Made by a program: the position numbers and the translations under genes. This document shows, in pieces, positions 9,861-20,707 of a DNA stretch of 64,000 nt (positions are counted from its first letter, which is position 1; each line of letters begins with the position of its first letter). The notes beneath the pieces were generated by a model, which did no database searches, was not told the origin of the DNA, and worked only from the letters and a program-made list of their open reading frames with translations. Origin of the DNA: Patescibacteria group bacterium (lineage in GTDB: Bacteria; Patescibacteriota; JABMPQ01; JAQVVF01); contig JBAZSC010000001.1 of NCBI GenBank assembly GCA_041662665.1, positions 1,511 through 65,510 of the forward strand, given 5' to 3'.

Positions 9861-11342
9861 TTATTTTGTTAAAATTTTCACAAATCTCTTCGGTATTTCT
9901 TCAACAAACCTAGATTCTCTATTCTTAATTGTACAAAGATAGAGAATTTTTTTTGCTCGAGTAACGCCAACATAAAAACATCTTCTCTCTTCCGACAATC
10001 TTTCTTCTAAGCTTGCATCTCTAATCACTTTCATAATTTCATAATCTTCTTTAACCTGTGGAAAGCCATGCCTGCCAGAATGAAGTCCAACCAGAAATAC
10101 AATATCGCTTTCCATACCTTTTGCGGAATGAATCGTTGTAATTGTGGGTACAGACGCGACGCTCGGCTTTTTCCGGAGAAAGCCGAGCGTCTTCTGGTTA
10201 AATCTCTCAATATATGGTGCCAGAACTTTCCAATTGCGACCTAGAATCATTATGTTTTGCTTCTTTATCTTTTTAATTTCACTCAACACAAATTCCACTT
10301 CTTCTCGTTTATCTTTTGCTTTAAAAACCAAAATCTTATTTTTAAATGGCCAAAAAGGCTTAATCTTTTTTCTATATTGCTTTTTATTTTTCCTAATAAT
10401 TTTAGAAGCAGAATTCACAATATACCCATCGCTTCTATAATTAAAAGGCAAAACAATTGATTCACAAGTCTCTTTATATTTCTTTTTAAAATCCAAAATA
10501 AAACCAATATTTCCGCCTCGCCAGCCATAAATCGCCTGCCAATCATCACCAACTACAAATAAATTATTATTCTTATTATTTAGCAAATCCAAGAATTTAA
10601 CTTGAGTAAAATTAACATCTTGGAATTCATCAACTAAAATATGTTTGAATTTATTTTGATAATGTTTTAAAACTTTTTTATCATTAACAAGCAATTCAAT
10701 CGCCTTGTTCATTAAATCTTCAAAATCAAAATAATTATGCAAAAATAGGTATTTTTGATAATAGCTAAAAATTAAAAATAATAATCTATAAAAATTCTTC
10801 GAATCGCAATCAGAAATTAATTTTGCTCTCTTGACAATGTCAGCTAAAGTCAGTGATCTTGATTTGCATTCTTTTATTATCTTAGTTACCTCTTCAAAAA
10901 ATAGATATTCAGGCCAATTATTCTCTTCTAAATAATCTTTATAAGCTAAAGCAAACTTTTTATTCTCGCATAATTTATCAATGCAAAATTTAAACATCTT
11001 ATCTTGATTTTTGTCAGTAATAATCTTAATCTTGCTCGCATTTCTAAAATTTTCACGTAATATCTTAAAAGCAGTTGCATGAAAAGTTGATACCCACATT
11101 AAATTTGCATTCACATCCATCTTTATTAATCTTTCTTTCATTTCTTTTGCTGCATTTCTTGTAAACGTTATCGCCAAAATATTTTCTGGATTAATTTTAT
11201 TATTTTTTACTAAATTAAAAACACGAGATGTTAAAACTCGTGTTTTGCCAGATCCAGCACCAGCCAAGCACAAAATATGTTTAGATTTAGAAGTTGAAGC
11301 CTGCAATTGTCCAGGATCTAATTTTTTTAAATAATCTAACAT
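9861..11342 (-). CDS. UvrD/Rep-family SF1 DNA helicase
   Basis: AGAGSGKT, ILVDEFQD, VGDDWQAIY, NYRS, TIHSAKG, EERRCFYVGVTRAK. Confidence 0.93.
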   Translation of the reverse strand: MLDYLKKLDPGQLQASTSKSKHILCLAGAGSGKTRVLTSRVFNLVKNNKINPENILAITFTRNAAKEMKERLIKMDVNANLMWVSTFHATAFKILRENFRNASKIKIITDKNQDKMFKFCIDKLCENKKFALAYKDYLEENNWPEYLFFEEVTKIIKECKSRSLTLADIVKRAKLISDCDSKNFYRLLFLIFSYYQKYLFLHNYFDFEDLMNKAIELLVNDKKVLKHYQNKFKHILVDEFQDVNFTQVKFLDLLNNKNNNLFVVGDDWQAIYGWRGGNIGFILDFKKKYKETCESIVLPFNYRSDGYIVNSASKIIRKNKKQYRKKIKPFWPFKNKILVFKAKDKREEVEFVLSEIKKIKKQNIMILGRNWKVLAPYIERFNQKTLGFLRKKPSVASVPTITTIHSAKGMESDIVFLVGLHSGRHGFPQVKEDYEIMKVIRDASLEERLSEERRCFYVGVTRAKKILYLCTIKNRESRFVEEIPKRFVKILTK

Positions 11343-11426
11343 AATTTATCGCTTCACTTGATTTATCTTAAATTAAATATTATTATTCAATATTCGCACT
11401 TTCACAACCAAGGAGGGAAAAAGAAA

Positions 11427-11858
11427 ATGCCAAACCATTCTCGCAAAATGAGAATCTTTAGTGCTGTCGCGCTTTATCCTCAATTCTTGATTTGGTTATC
11501 TGGATTTGTTTGGTCAATTCTATTTCTTATGTCTACACTCGTAAGTTACAATGATCTACGCTTAATTACAATCGGCAGCATAATTGTATGTATTTCATTT
11601 TGTTTTTTGATTTTTGGTTTTGAACTAAACTATCGTTTTATCAAAATTATTTTAATCATTATAAATGCAATTGCTGTTTCGCTGATTCTCTATTTTGTTT
11701 TAACTCATCCTTATTCTTTCGATGATTTTGGAGGAAAAATATTCTTCTATCCAGCATTTTTATTTCTCGGATTTGATATCTTCCTCGCAATTTCACTTTT
11801 TTTCATTCCCTTTGATCTGATCATCAATTATGTTATGACTATGCAAAAATATTTCTAA
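11427..11858 (+). CDS. 4-TM hypothetical membrane protein
   Basis: AAGGAGGG SD; four hydrophobic segments; paralog of next ORF. Confidence 0.7.
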   Translation: MPNHSRKMRIFSAVALYPQFLIWLSGFVWSILFLMSTLVSYNDLRLITIGSIIVCISFCFLIFGFELNYRFIKIILIIINAIAVSLILYFVLTHPYSFDDFGGKIFFYPAFLFLGFDIFLAISLFFIPFDLIINYVMTMQKYF

Positions 11859-11873
11859 CAGGAGGGAAAGGAA

Positions 11874-12263
11874 ATGGAACCAGAATCAACAATCATCTGG
11901 CGTCAAAGAATTCAGAAGTTTTTTCTTGATATTCAAGAAATCATTTGGTTGCTTGGCTTAATCTGGTCAGAATTATGTACTATTATCATCATTCCAACTC
12001 AAGGAATTATTTCTTACTGCTTTGTTATTTGTGTGTATAGTTACATGATTCTGTCGATTTTTTCAATCTTCAAATTTTTCCACAGATATCTTAGCTTGTT
12101 TTTTATCTTAATCAGTATTTTTGCCATGCTTCCATATGCATTCATTCTTAACTCAATTCCAAAATTGCCAGTCAATGTTCCGATGTTCTATATACTTGGC
12201 TTCATTTTCTTTTTGTTTTTCGATCTTTGTATCTTCGTTTGCACGTTCAAATCAAAAGACTAA
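11874..12263 (+). CDS. 4-TM hypothetical membrane protein
   Basis: AGGAGGG SD; shares Q--IWL-G--WS and F--FD motifs with 11427..11858. Confidence 0.7.
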   Translation: MEPESTIIWRQRIQKFFLDIQEIIWLLGLIWSELCTIIIIPTQGIISYCFVICVYSYMILSIFSIFKFFHRYLSLFFILISIFAMLPYAFILNSIPKLPVNVPMFYILGFIFFLFFDLCIFVCTFKSKD

Positions 12264-12286
12264 GCTTTTTGCCTAGTCTTTTTTTA

Positions 12287-12371
12287 TCCGCCGACTTGTC
12301 CACCGACTTGTCCACCGAAGCTTTGCGGAGGCGGAAGCCTTTGCGAAGGTGGAAGCTTTAGCGAAGGCGGA
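12287..12371. repeat. triple-nested REP-like palindrome
   Basis: CCGCCGACTTGTCCACCGACTTGTCCACCGAAG...GGCGGAAG...GGTGGAAG...GAAGGCGGA. Confidence 0.65.
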
Positions 12372-12377
12372 TTTTGT

Positions 12378-13271
12378 TTACTTTTTTAATTCTTTGAAAG
12401 TTAATGTCCAGAGATTATATTTGAAAGTAATCAATAAAGTTTTTATCGTTAGCGAAACAATTATTAACAATAATACTGCAAGAACAACGCAAATCCAAAA
12501 CAAAATTGATCCTAGAATTGCTTTAGTTAGCAAAATCAAAATAACAACTGGAACTGCAATCAAGAATATTGCCATAAAAATCGCAATTGAAACTGCCAAA
12601 TTTATGCCAATAAAAATTAATGCAACAACAATGGTCTGCCAGAAATTATTAATCAGCAAATTATAAGCTGTCTTTATTGATTCAACAATTTTATTATCTT
12701 TCAAAACAATTGCCCTCAAAGCATAATTTAAAATCAAAGACAGAAAAATTACTTCAGGCACAAAAATTAATAATGCTAGTAATAATAACAAAACTGCTCT
12801 GCCAAATAGTTGAAAATAAAATAACAATGTTACTGGCGTACCAAGAATTATAAATGACAAAAATATCGTTAGCCCAAACAGCAAAGATATTCCTAAAATT
12901 CTCCAGAAATATTTTTTGCCAATAATAAGTCCATCTTTAACATTAGTTTTAACTTGTTTATCAAGCTTATCAGCACAGCCAATCAAAGCGCCTTGTGAAA
13001 TTATTGATAAAATCCATAATGCTAGACCTATCAAAAATAAAACTGCCAAAATTACAATAATTACCCAAATAACATTTTGATCAATAAAAGATTTAAGATC
13101 TAAATTTTGAGTGTTGATTTGAGTAGTTTTAGGCATTGACCCCATATCAAATCCATTAAAATTCATTCCGCTTCCACCAGACATCAATGCAATAAATAAT
13201 CCAAAAAACCAGAGGAATTTGAATTTCCAAGTCAAACTTAAACTACGTTTAACTAAATTAATATAGTCCAT
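12378..13271 (-). CDS. multi-pass membrane protein of unknown function
   Basis: LW-FG-F-AL-SGG N-terminus, about 6 TM segments. Confidence 0.8.
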   Translation of the reverse strand: MDYINLVKRSLSLTWKFKFLWFFGLFIALMSGGSGMNFNGFDMGSMPKTTQINTQNLDLKSFIDQNVIWVIIVILAVLFLIGLALWILSIISQGALIGCADKLDKQVKTNVKDGLIIGKKYFWRILGISLLFGLTIFLSFIILGTPVTLLFYFQLFGRAVLLLLLALLIFVPEVIFLSLILNYALRAIVLKDNKIVESIKTAYNLLINNFWQTIVVALIFIGINLAVSIAIFMAIFLIAVPVVILILLTKAILGSILFWICVVLAVLLLIIVSLTIKTLLITFKYNLWTLTFKELKK

Positions 13272-13317
13272 ATTTTTAACTTAAGAATCAATTTTCTTCA
13301 GCAAATCTGCACGACTA

Positions 13318-13408
13318 GAACTAAAGTTCTCCGAACCCCAGCTGAAGCTGGGTCATAACCGAAATTACTACCCAACTTTAGTTGGGGTTAGTGCAACTTT
13401 AGTTGCAG
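13318..13408. repeat. REP-like inverted pair (CCCAGCTGAAGCTGGG / CCCAACTTTAGTTGGG)
   Basis: Palindromes in inverted arrangement; single copy also near 24463-24484. Confidence 0.55.
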
Positions 13409-13459
13409 AACGGCTGCGGCCTGGAAGACAATTCAAATTTATTTTTTTTGCGATTAACT

Positions 13460-15280
13460 TTATTTATCTTCCGCCATCATTTTGTTAAACTCTTCTTTCT
13501 CGATAACTTCGTGATCAATAAGTGCGTTCGCGATTTTTTCAAGTTTAGCCTTATTATCAGTAATAGTTTTAGTCGCCAAAGCATTTCCATTATTAACAAA
13601 TCCTCTGACAGCTCTATCAATTTCAGCAGCAACTGCTTCAGAATAATCTCTTTGCTCGCCAATTTCTTTACCTAAAAAGACTAATTCTTCTTTTTGACCA
13701 AAAGTCATTGGGCCAAGATCAGACATTCCATAATCAGTCACAAGTTTGCGTGCAACAGCAGTTACTTGTCTTAAATCAGATGTTGCGCCAGTAGTTACAT
13801 CGCCAAAAGTTAATTTTTCAGCAACATAACCGCCTAATAATACTGCTAAATCATCCAAAAATTCAGCTTTAGCATGAAAATGTTTTTCTTTTTCAGGTAA
13901 TTTAAGCGTATATCCTGCAGCTTGTCCTCTTGAAATAATTGAAATCTTTTGAACTGGATCAGCATTTGGCAATAAATGTGAAATCAAAGCATGACCAGCT
14001 TCATGATATGCAGCAATCTTCTTTTCTTCTTTAGACAACATAAAACTTTTTCTCTCAGGCCCTAGCATTACTTTTTCAATTGCATCAACACAATTTTTCA
14101 TGCTGACAGTCTTTTTATTTTCGCGAGCAGCAGTTATTGCAGCTTCGTTCATTAAATTTTTTAAATCAGCACCAGAAAATCCAGGAGTTCGCTGTGATAA
14201 TACTTTTATATCAACATCTTTTTCTAAAGGTTTGTTCTTTGCATGAATTTTCAAAATTGCTTCTCTTGATTCCATATCTGGCAAATCCAAAACAACTCTT
14301 CTATCAAATCTGCCTGGGCGAAGCAAAGCTGGATCCAAAACATCAGGTCTATTTGTCGCAGCAATAACTACAATTCCAGAATTAGGAATAAATCCATCCA
14401 TTTCTGACAAAATTTGATTTAGCGTTTGCTCTCTTTCATCATGAGATCCGCCTAAACCAGCACCTCTATGTCTGCCAACTGCATCAATTTCATCAATGAA
14501 AATAAGGCATGGAGCAGTCTTTTTTGCTTTATCAAATAAATCTCTAACACGTGATGCGCCAACACCAACAAACATTTCCACAAATTCAGAACCAGAAATA
14601 CTATAAAATGGCACATTTGCTTCATTTGCAACAGCTTTTGCAAGCAAAGTCTTACCAGTTCCTGGAGGTCCAATCAACAAAACGCCTTTCGGAATTTCAG
14701 CGCCAAGTTCAGAAAACTTTTTTGGGCTTTTTAAAAATTCAACAACTTCCCATAATTCTTCTTTTGCTTCTTTTGCGCCAGCAACATCTTTGAAAGTAAT
14801 TTTTTTCTTGCCTTTTTCTGGCTCATATTTTTTGGCTCTTGATTCGCCAAACATCATTGCTTTAGAATTTGATTTTTGAATTCCTCTTGCCATAAACCAA
14901 ATAAATACGCCAACAAGCAAGAAAGGCAAAACAAAAGGCAAAATATTTCCTAACCAATACATTGTGCCAGATTGTTCTGAAACTATGATATTTACTTTTG
15001 CTAATTTTTCAGGCTTTACTCCATAATTATTTAAAGAATCTGTCAAAGATGTTTCTTCTTCTTTCTTCGTCTTTACGATCTTGTCATCAGATTTTTTGAT
15101 TTCTAATTCATTGCCGTTAATCTTTATCTCTTTAACCTGCTCTTTATTTATATCAGATGTCAATTGAGTCAAAGAAATCTCTTCAGTTTTAGTTAGCGGT
15201 GTCTTATAAAATGCAAAAATAGATGCAATTATCAAAAACACCAAAATCGCCAATACAAAATTTTTAAGTATTTTTTTCAT
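13460..15280 (-). CDS. ftsH: ATP-dependent zinc metalloprotease FtsH
   Basis: 2 [33 protein letters not shown]. Confidence 0.98.
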   Translation of the reverse strand: MKKILKNFVLAILVFLIIASIFAFYKTPLTKTEEISLTQLTSDINKEQVKEIKINGNELEIKKSDDKIVKTKKEEETSLTDSLNNYGVKPEKLAKVNIIVSEQSGTMYWLGNILPFVLPFLLVGVFIWFMARGIQKSNSKAMMFGESRAKKYEPEKGKKKITFKDVAGAKEAKEELWEVVEFLKSPKKFSELGAEIPKGVLLIGPPGTGKTLLAKAVANEANVPFYSISGSEFVEMFVGVGASRVRDLFDKAKKTAPCLIFIDEIDAVGRHRGAGLGGSHDEREQTLNQILSEMDGFIPNSGIVVIAATNRPDVLDPALLRPGRFDRRVVLDLPDMESREAILKIHAKNKPLEKDVDIKVLSQRTPGFSGADLKNLMNEAAITAARENKKTVSMKNCVDAIEKVMLGPERKSFMLSKEEKKIAAYHEAGHALISHLLPNADPVQKISIISRGQAAGYTLKLPEKEKHFHAKAEFLDDLAVLLGGYVAEKLTFGDVTTGATSDLRQVTAVARKLVTDYGMSDLGPMTFGQKEELVFLGKEIGEQRDYSEAVAAEIDRAVRGFVNNGNALATKTITDNKAKLEKIANALIDHEVIEKEEFNKMMAEDK

Positions 15281-15346
15281 GAATTTATAAGTAAATTAGT
15301 AATAAGTAACTAGTAACTAGAATACAGTTTTTCTAATTACCAGTTA

Positions 15347-16369
15347 CTAATTACTAGTTGCAAGCATTTTAATTTTGTCATATTCTTTCAAGATTTGCAA
15401 CCCCTTAATTTGTCGCATTGAACCAGTTTTCGCTGTCCTCAAAACTCTCAAAGCTTCTTCCAAATCTAAAAAGCTAATATCTTTAAATTTCTCTAATTTC
15501 AATCTCAAAATCGCTCTTTGCAAAGATTTATCAAGAGCTAAAAATTCATTTAATTTCAAAGTATTTTCATCTAAGCTTAGCTCTGCCAATTTTAGTTTTG
15601 CGGTCCTTTCAATATAATCAAAATCATCTTTCAAAGTCTTTGCACTCTGGCAAATTGTTGATCTTAAATTTTTGTTATATCCTTCTTCCAAAAATGGCAC
15701 CAATTCATGCCTAATTTTGTTTCTTAAATAAATATTTTGTGAATTTGTGGAATCATTTCGATATTCCAAATGGTTTTCTTTCAAATAAAGCAAAATATCT
15801 CGCTTATAACAATTTAATAATGGCCTGATGATATTATTTTGTTCAAATTTAATTCCGCTCAATCCTTTTAATCCAGATCCTCTCAAGAAAAACATCAAAA
15901 TTGTCTCTGCATCATCATCCTTATTATGAGCAACTGCAATCTTATCTGCCTTTTCTTTAGCCAAAATTTCATTAAAATAATCATATCTAATTTTCCGGCA
16001 TTTTGCTTCCAATCCCTTATCTTTTAAATCTAAATCTTTAACCTCTTTAACATAAATTGGCAAATTATATTGTTCAGCCAGTTTTCGTGCCAAAATCATA
16101 TCCAAAAAAGAATCTTTTCCTCTCAAATTATAATTTACGTGCGCTAATACCAAATCAAAATCAAGAATATTTTGGACTTTCCTGTCTGCCGTAGTTTCAG
16201 CGAAGGCAGATAATTCATTACTTTTGACTTTAGATTTTAGACTTTTAATCTTACACAAAATATCCAGCAAGCATACGGAGTCGGGTCCAGAAGACAAACC
16301 TAAAATAACCTTCTCGCGAGGCTTAATTAAATTATAATCTGAAATTGTTTTTAATACTAGATCTTGCAT
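15347..16369 (-). CDS. tilS: tRNA(Ile)-lysidine synthetase, with an in-frame repeat insertion
   Basis: S-GPDS PP-loop, HVNYNLRG, AH--DD-AET, RPLL, RNKIRH. Confidence 0.93.
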   Translation of the reverse strand: MQDLVLKTISDYNLIKPREKVILGLSSGPDSVCLLDILCKIKSLKSKVKSNELSAFAETTADRKVQNILDFDLVLAHVNYNLRGKDSFLDMILARKLAEQYNLPIYVKEVKDLDLKDKGLEAKCRKIRYDYFNEILAKEKADKIAVAHNKDDDAETILMFFLRGSGLKGLSGIKFEQNNIIRPLLNCYKRDILLYLKENHLEYRNDSTNSQNIYLRNKIRHELVPFLEEGYNKNLRSTICQSAKTLKDDFDYIERTAKLKLAELSLDENTLKLNEFLALDKSLQRAILRLKLEKFKDISFLDLEEALRVLRTAKTGSMRQIKGLQILKEYDKIKMLATSN

Positions 16370-16419
16370 AAGTAAGCGGTAGTTTAGCATTAATTAGTGA
16401 AGTAATCAAGGTTTTGTGT

Positions 16420-16545
16420 TTCGGACCGTCGGACCGTCAGAACGTCAGAGCTTCGGACCGTCAGAACTTCGGACCGTCAGAACGTCCTACGCTCCGACGA
16501 TCTGACGCTCCGACGTTCCCACGTTCCCACGTTCTGATGCTCTAA
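16420..16545. repeat. 8-mer (CGGACCGT/CAGAACGT) tandem-inverted repeat
   Basis: 48-bp stretch 16420-16467 is identical to 17074-17121. Confidence 0.75.
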
Positions 16546-16613
16546 AATATTTGACAAAAAATTTATATTGTGCTAATTTAGTGCTGGCTGTAAAAAAGCA
16601 CAGGAGGGAGAAC

Positions 16614-17006
16614 ATGGTCGAAGAATACTTGCCATATGCAAAAATCTTGTTAATCTCTGTATCTACATTATTCGGTTCAATAGTATTTCATGAGCTTGGC
16701 CACATCATAGCCTATAAAGCATTCAAGGTAAAATTAGTAAAAATAGGTTTTGACAAAATTCCTGGTAGGTTGGAGTATGGTTTTTATGTCAGTTATCAGA
16801 AAGATGCCCAATTTTCAAACAGAAAGGACAAGATTGCAACCTTTTCTGGCCCTCTTCTGGAATTCATATTTGGAATTATTTTTCTAGCCTATTGCTTATC
16901 TGTACAAAATTCTTATGCTCTCCTCTCTATTATGCCAATTAGCAGTGCCCTTTACAATCTATCTCCATTTTGTCCAGATGGTTCACTGATCTGGAAAAAA
17001 GATTAA
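16614..17006 (+). CDS. small M50/site-2-protease-like membrane metallopeptidase
   Basis: HELGH, SGP, YNLSPF-PDG (NxxPxxxDG-like); AGGAGGG SD; TTGACA-N17-TAATTT. Confidence 0.75.
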   Translation: MVEEYLPYAKILLISVSTLFGSIVFHELGHIIAYKAFKVKLVKIGFDKIPGRLEYGFYVSYQKDAQFSNRKDKIATFSGPLLEFIFGIIFLAYCLSVQNSYALLSIMPISSALYNLSPFCPDGSLIWKKD

Positions 17007-17050
17007 TGTTCATTTTTCACGCCCATGCGTGATTTTTTTTATTTAGAGTA

Positions 17051-17151
17051 TCAGACCTTCAGACCGTCAGAGCTTCGGACCGTCGGACCGTCAGAACGTC
17101 AGAGCTTCGGACCGTCAGAACGTCCTACGCTCCGACGCTCCGACGCTCTAA
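17051..17151. repeat. 8-mer tandem-inverted repeat
   Basis: Direct copy of the 16420 block. Confidence 0.75.
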
Positions 17152-17213
17152 AAACGAAAACCAGCGTTTTCACGCTGGCTCATAGTAATTTTTAATTTCC
17201 GAAATTCCGAATA

Positions 17214-18437
17214 TTATTTTTTCTTCTCTTCAGTCTTTTTTTTCTTGTCAGCCTTTTTTTCAGGTTCTTCCTCTTTCTTCACGTCTTTCGTTTCATCAAG
17301 CTTTAGCGTTAATCCCAAACGGTGTTCTCCTGGTTCAATTGATAAGATTCTGAATTCTCGCTCTGTACCCATTGGTAATTCTTTTTTAGAATCAGCAATA
17401 TTGAATGGAAGTTCAGAAACATGGACTAATCCATGAATATCTTTATCAAGTTGAATGAAAATACCGAATGGCTTAACTTCTTTGACAATTCCCATAACCT
17501 TCTGTCCTACTTTATATTTCTTAACAGCTTCAATCCAAGGATCTTTTTGTAATTTCTTGATAGATAATGTAATTTTTGAATCTTCAATTCCGATGATTTC
17601 AGCTTTAATCTTATCACCAATCTTAACTAAATTTGCTGGATCATCAACTCTTTGCCAAGATAATTCAGAAATATGAACTAATCCTTCAAGACCATCAAAT
17701 TTTACAAAGATACCGAAATCAACAATTCCAGAAACTTCGCCTTCTACAACATCGCCAACTTTCACATTGCCAATTTTTTCTTTTTGCTTTGTGAATGCTG
17801 CTTCTTTTTCAGATATAATTAATTTTTCATCTTTTGGATCAGCTGTAACAATTTGAATCTTCATTTTCTTTCCAATGAAAGATTGCAATTTAGATAAAAT
17901 TTTATCTTGATCTCCGCCTTCAACCCTAGGATAATGCTCTGGAGTTAATTGAGAAACAGGCATAAAAGCAGGAATTCCAAATAATGTTGTTAATAATCCG
18001 CCTTTATTTGCGCTTTGAATTTTAACAGTAATGATTTCTCTTTTATCTCTTTTTTCATTTAATTCATCCCAAACTTCTTTCTTTGTTGCTTTTCTGAATG
18101 TTAATTCTAGAATATTTTCTTCATTTTCCATTTCCAAAATTGTTGCTTCAACTTCATCGCCAACATTTAATTCGCCATAAACATCCAAGCTTTCCCAAAG
18201 TTCTTTGCCACGTACAACGCCAATACCATATTGACCTAAGTCAATGTAAACAGCGTTTTTTGACATTTCGATAACTTTGCCAACCAAAGTATCGGAAGGC
18301 TTTGGGACTACCTGATTTTCTAATTGTTCCATAAGAGCATCCTGCTCTTTTTTTTGTTCGATCTCTGTCTCTTTGACTTTTTCACTGACAAGATTGTCAA
18401 GTGTCTTTAATTGTTTAGTGTTTTTCATATAGACCAT
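17214..18437 (-). CDS. rpsA: 30S ribosomal protein S1 (4 S1 domains)
   Basis: Repeated S1 motifs (FGIFV...GLVHISELSW). Confidence 0.92.
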   Translation of the reverse strand: MVYMKNTKQLKTLDNLVSEKVKETEIEQKKEQDALMEQLENQVVPKPSDTLVGKVIEMSKNAVYIDLGQYGIGVVRGKELWESLDVYGELNVGDEVEATILEMENEENILELTFRKATKKEVWDELNEKRDKREIITVKIQSANKGGLLTTLFGIPAFMPVSQLTPEHYPRVEGGDQDKILSKLQSFIGKKMKIQIVTADPKDEKLIISEKEAAFTKQKEKIGNVKVGDVVEGEVSGIVDFGIFVKFDGLEGLVHISELSWQRVDDPANLVKIGDKIKAEIIGIEDSKITLSIKKLQKDPWIEAVKKYKVGQKVMGIVKEVKPFGIFIQLDKDIHGLVHVSELPFNIADSKKELPMGTEREFRILSIEPGEHRLGLTLKLDETKDVKKEEEPEKKADKKKKTEEKKK

Positions 18438-18580
18438 TATAATTAGTTTTTATTACTTTGGCAAGAGATTTATATCAAATAAGTTAGACTAGTTAGACTG
18501 GTTAGAATAGTTTTGTTTTCTTGTTTTATTGCTTTATTGTTCATATGGTGTGAGGCAACAAAAAACAGGTCTAAAACCTG

Positions 18581-18856
18581 TTAAAACAAAAGTGCGTTTA
18601 CTTCATTCTCGCTCATCCATCGATGCAAACCAAATTTCCTCAAGAATCGCTCGATGATTGCGATATCAACCCTCGCCAATCTTTCCCAAAGTGAATTGTT
18701 ATTGTCAACCTTGACCAGATCAGCAATTTTCAAAATTCCTTTGCCTTTCAACACATGATTTCCATCTTCAGAAAGATTAAGTATTGTTACTTCTCTGAGT
18801 AAAGCTTCTTTTCTGTTTAATAAAGACAACGAATTCATCTGATCATCCGATCTCAT
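18581..18856 (-). CDS. hypothetical protein
   Basis: GAGGAGG SD; last gene of a 3-gene SD-led operon. Confidence 0.65.
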   Translation of the reverse strand: MRSDDQMNSLSLLNRKEALLREVTILNLSEDGNHVLKGKGILKIADLVKVDNNNSLWERLARVDIAIIERFLRKFGLHRWMSENEVNALLF

Positions 18857-18870
18857 CTTGTCCTCCTCTC

Positions 18871-19164
18871 TTAAAGCTCGGTCAGATGTTCAATCACTTG
18901 ATTGTAAATTCTTCGCAAATCGTATACTTGGCTTGTGATATCCTGTTCGAAATAGCCACTTGGACCATTTGCACAAAAAGTCAATTTCTGACCGTTTTCT
19001 TGCAGTCCAACGAAATAGCCTTCTTCGAATCGAATCACAAAGCCATTACCTTCAATTTTAGCAATGAAATCTACTTCTTTCAAATCATCGAAATATGTTG
19101 CATCATTGCCAGAAAGAAGAGTGATCTTGCCCGCAATCTTCTTCCAAGATGTAATTCTAGACAT
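18871..19164 (-). CDS. hypothetical protein, paralog of 19157..19474
   Basis: GAGGAGG SD; shared WK-IA, GF-IRF--GY-VGL and P-G--E. Confidence 0.75.
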   Translation of the reverse strand: MSRITSWKKIAGKITLLSGNDATYFDDLKEVDFIAKIEGNGFVIRFEEGYFVGLQENGQKLTFCANGPSGYFEQDITSQVYDLRRIYNQVIEHLTEL

Positions 19165-19474
19165 GTTCGCCTCCTCGCTGACTTTTCAAAACTCTCAATT
19201 CATTGATCGCTGTCTTGAAAAGATTGACAGCAGCCAGAGAATTCTCCAATTGCTCTTCCACTTCTCCATTAGGCTCGTAAGCTTTGTAATACAATGCAGC
19301 TTTTCTCAAGTGCAATCCAACGTTATAGCCCTTGAAACGAATCATGAATCCATCAATCAACTCCTCAGGAACAAATTCATTTTCATCGATTTGTAAAAAG
19401 AACTTTAAGTCAAAAGACGTCTTTTTGGCATAACAGACAACGCTAACTGCAATCATTTTCCAGTTCATTGCCAT
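19157..19474 (-). CDS. hypothetical protein, paralog of 18871..19164
   Basis: AGGAGGG SD; promoter TTGACA-N17-TAGTAT. Confidence 0.75.
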   Translation of the reverse strand: MAMNWKMIAVSVVCYAKKTSFDLKFFLQIDENEFVPEELIDGFMIRFKGYNVGLHLRKAALYYKAYEPNGEVEEQLENSLAAVNLFKTAINELRVLKSQRGGEHV

Positions 19475-19568
19475 CTTTCCCTCCTGTGGCTCGAGTCTCT
19501 TGAACACCAAATACTACCACAAACAAAAATTACTGTCAAATGAAATAAAAAAACGTATCAAAGATACG

Positions 19569-20486
19569 TCAGTTCAAAGACCGATCAGAATTTGCTCTCA
19601 AATATCGCACAGGATCAAGGTCCATCTTCGGCAAATCTGGATCAACAAAAGGAACATCGGAATGAACATGAATAGAGCACAAAGATTCGTTAGTTCCATA
19701 GAATACTATTTCCATAAACATGCCTTCAATAAGATCTTCAAACTTGAAATCAACAGCATGGTCGTTGAAATATGGCCTAGCAATCTGGTACGAGCATACT
19801 TCAAATTTCATGAAATCAAGCAAATCGCCATTTGTTCCAGCAATCAGATATGCAGTGTTGCCTTCAATTCTGCAAATTTGTCCGGCATACCATGAATAAT
19901 ACTCTCGATCATATTTCATTTTTGGCGCCAAATGAGGACCTTTCCACCAATCGTCACAATGGATATTGATAGGAAAAACACACATTTCCCTTTGAGCTGC
20001 GAGCAATGCATACAGCATATTCTTTAGTGACAAGAATGTTTTTTCCTTCTTGATTTCTTCAGGAACAGTTTCAAAAATCTCGCGCGCCCAATCAAGCTGT
20101 GCTCGATGAAGCAACAATGTCATGACTTTTGTGTGCAAGATCATGAAGACAGATCTTTTCTTGTCAGAAAGACTCATATACTTTTCCCATTCAAGTTTTG
20201 CTTCCTTGATTCTGCCAAGTGTAATCAAGAAGCATACCAAGTAAGCCATGTACTCTGGATTTTTCGGTTCAACAAGAGTTGCCAGACGGTAATATCCCTC
20301 TGCCAATTCTCTATTAACAGCCAATCCATCAATGCAAAAAGCGTTCAAAAAACAAAATTCTGCATTTTTCGAAGTTTCGCGTTCAGGATCTTCCAGGAAA
20401 TACTCTTCAAGGAGTCTTCTCATTTCAAGAAAATTGTTTGTCGCCTGCAAAGTTCTACAATGAACGATCAGTTTGTCTCTTTCCAC
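19569..20486 (-). CDS. hypothetical protein with TPR-like N-terminal helices
   Basis: LAEGYYRLATLVEPKNPEY TPR-like pattern; GAAGGAG SD and GTG start. Confidence 0.7.
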   Translation of the reverse strand: MERDKLIVHCRTLQATNNFLEMRRLLEEYFLEDPERETSKNAEFCFLNAFCIDGLAVNRELAEGYYRLATLVEPKNPEYMAYLVCFLITLGRIKEAKLEWEKYMSLSDKKRSVFMILHTKVMTLLLHRAQLDWAREIFETVPEEIKKEKTFLSLKNMLYALLAAQREMCVFPINIHCDDWWKGPHLAPKMKYDREYYSWYAGQICRIEGNTAYLIAGTNGDLLDFMKFEVCSYQIARPYFNDHAVDFKFEDLIEGMFMEIVFYGTNESLCSIHVHSDVPFVDPDLPKMDLDPVRYLRANSDRSLN

Positions 20487-20707
20487 CTTTTCCTCCTTCT
20501 CCCTCGCTGTCTAATTCAAGACATAAAATACTACCACAAACAAAAATATTGTCAAATGTAAAACAACGAGAACAACAAAACAATAAAACATGAAAAATGT
20601 TGAGCAATGTAACAATTTAACAATTTAGCAATCTAACAACAAAGATTTTTCTTGCCTCAAATCAGCGGATATGCTATTCTTAAAGAGTAAAAAATTAATT
20701 TACGATT

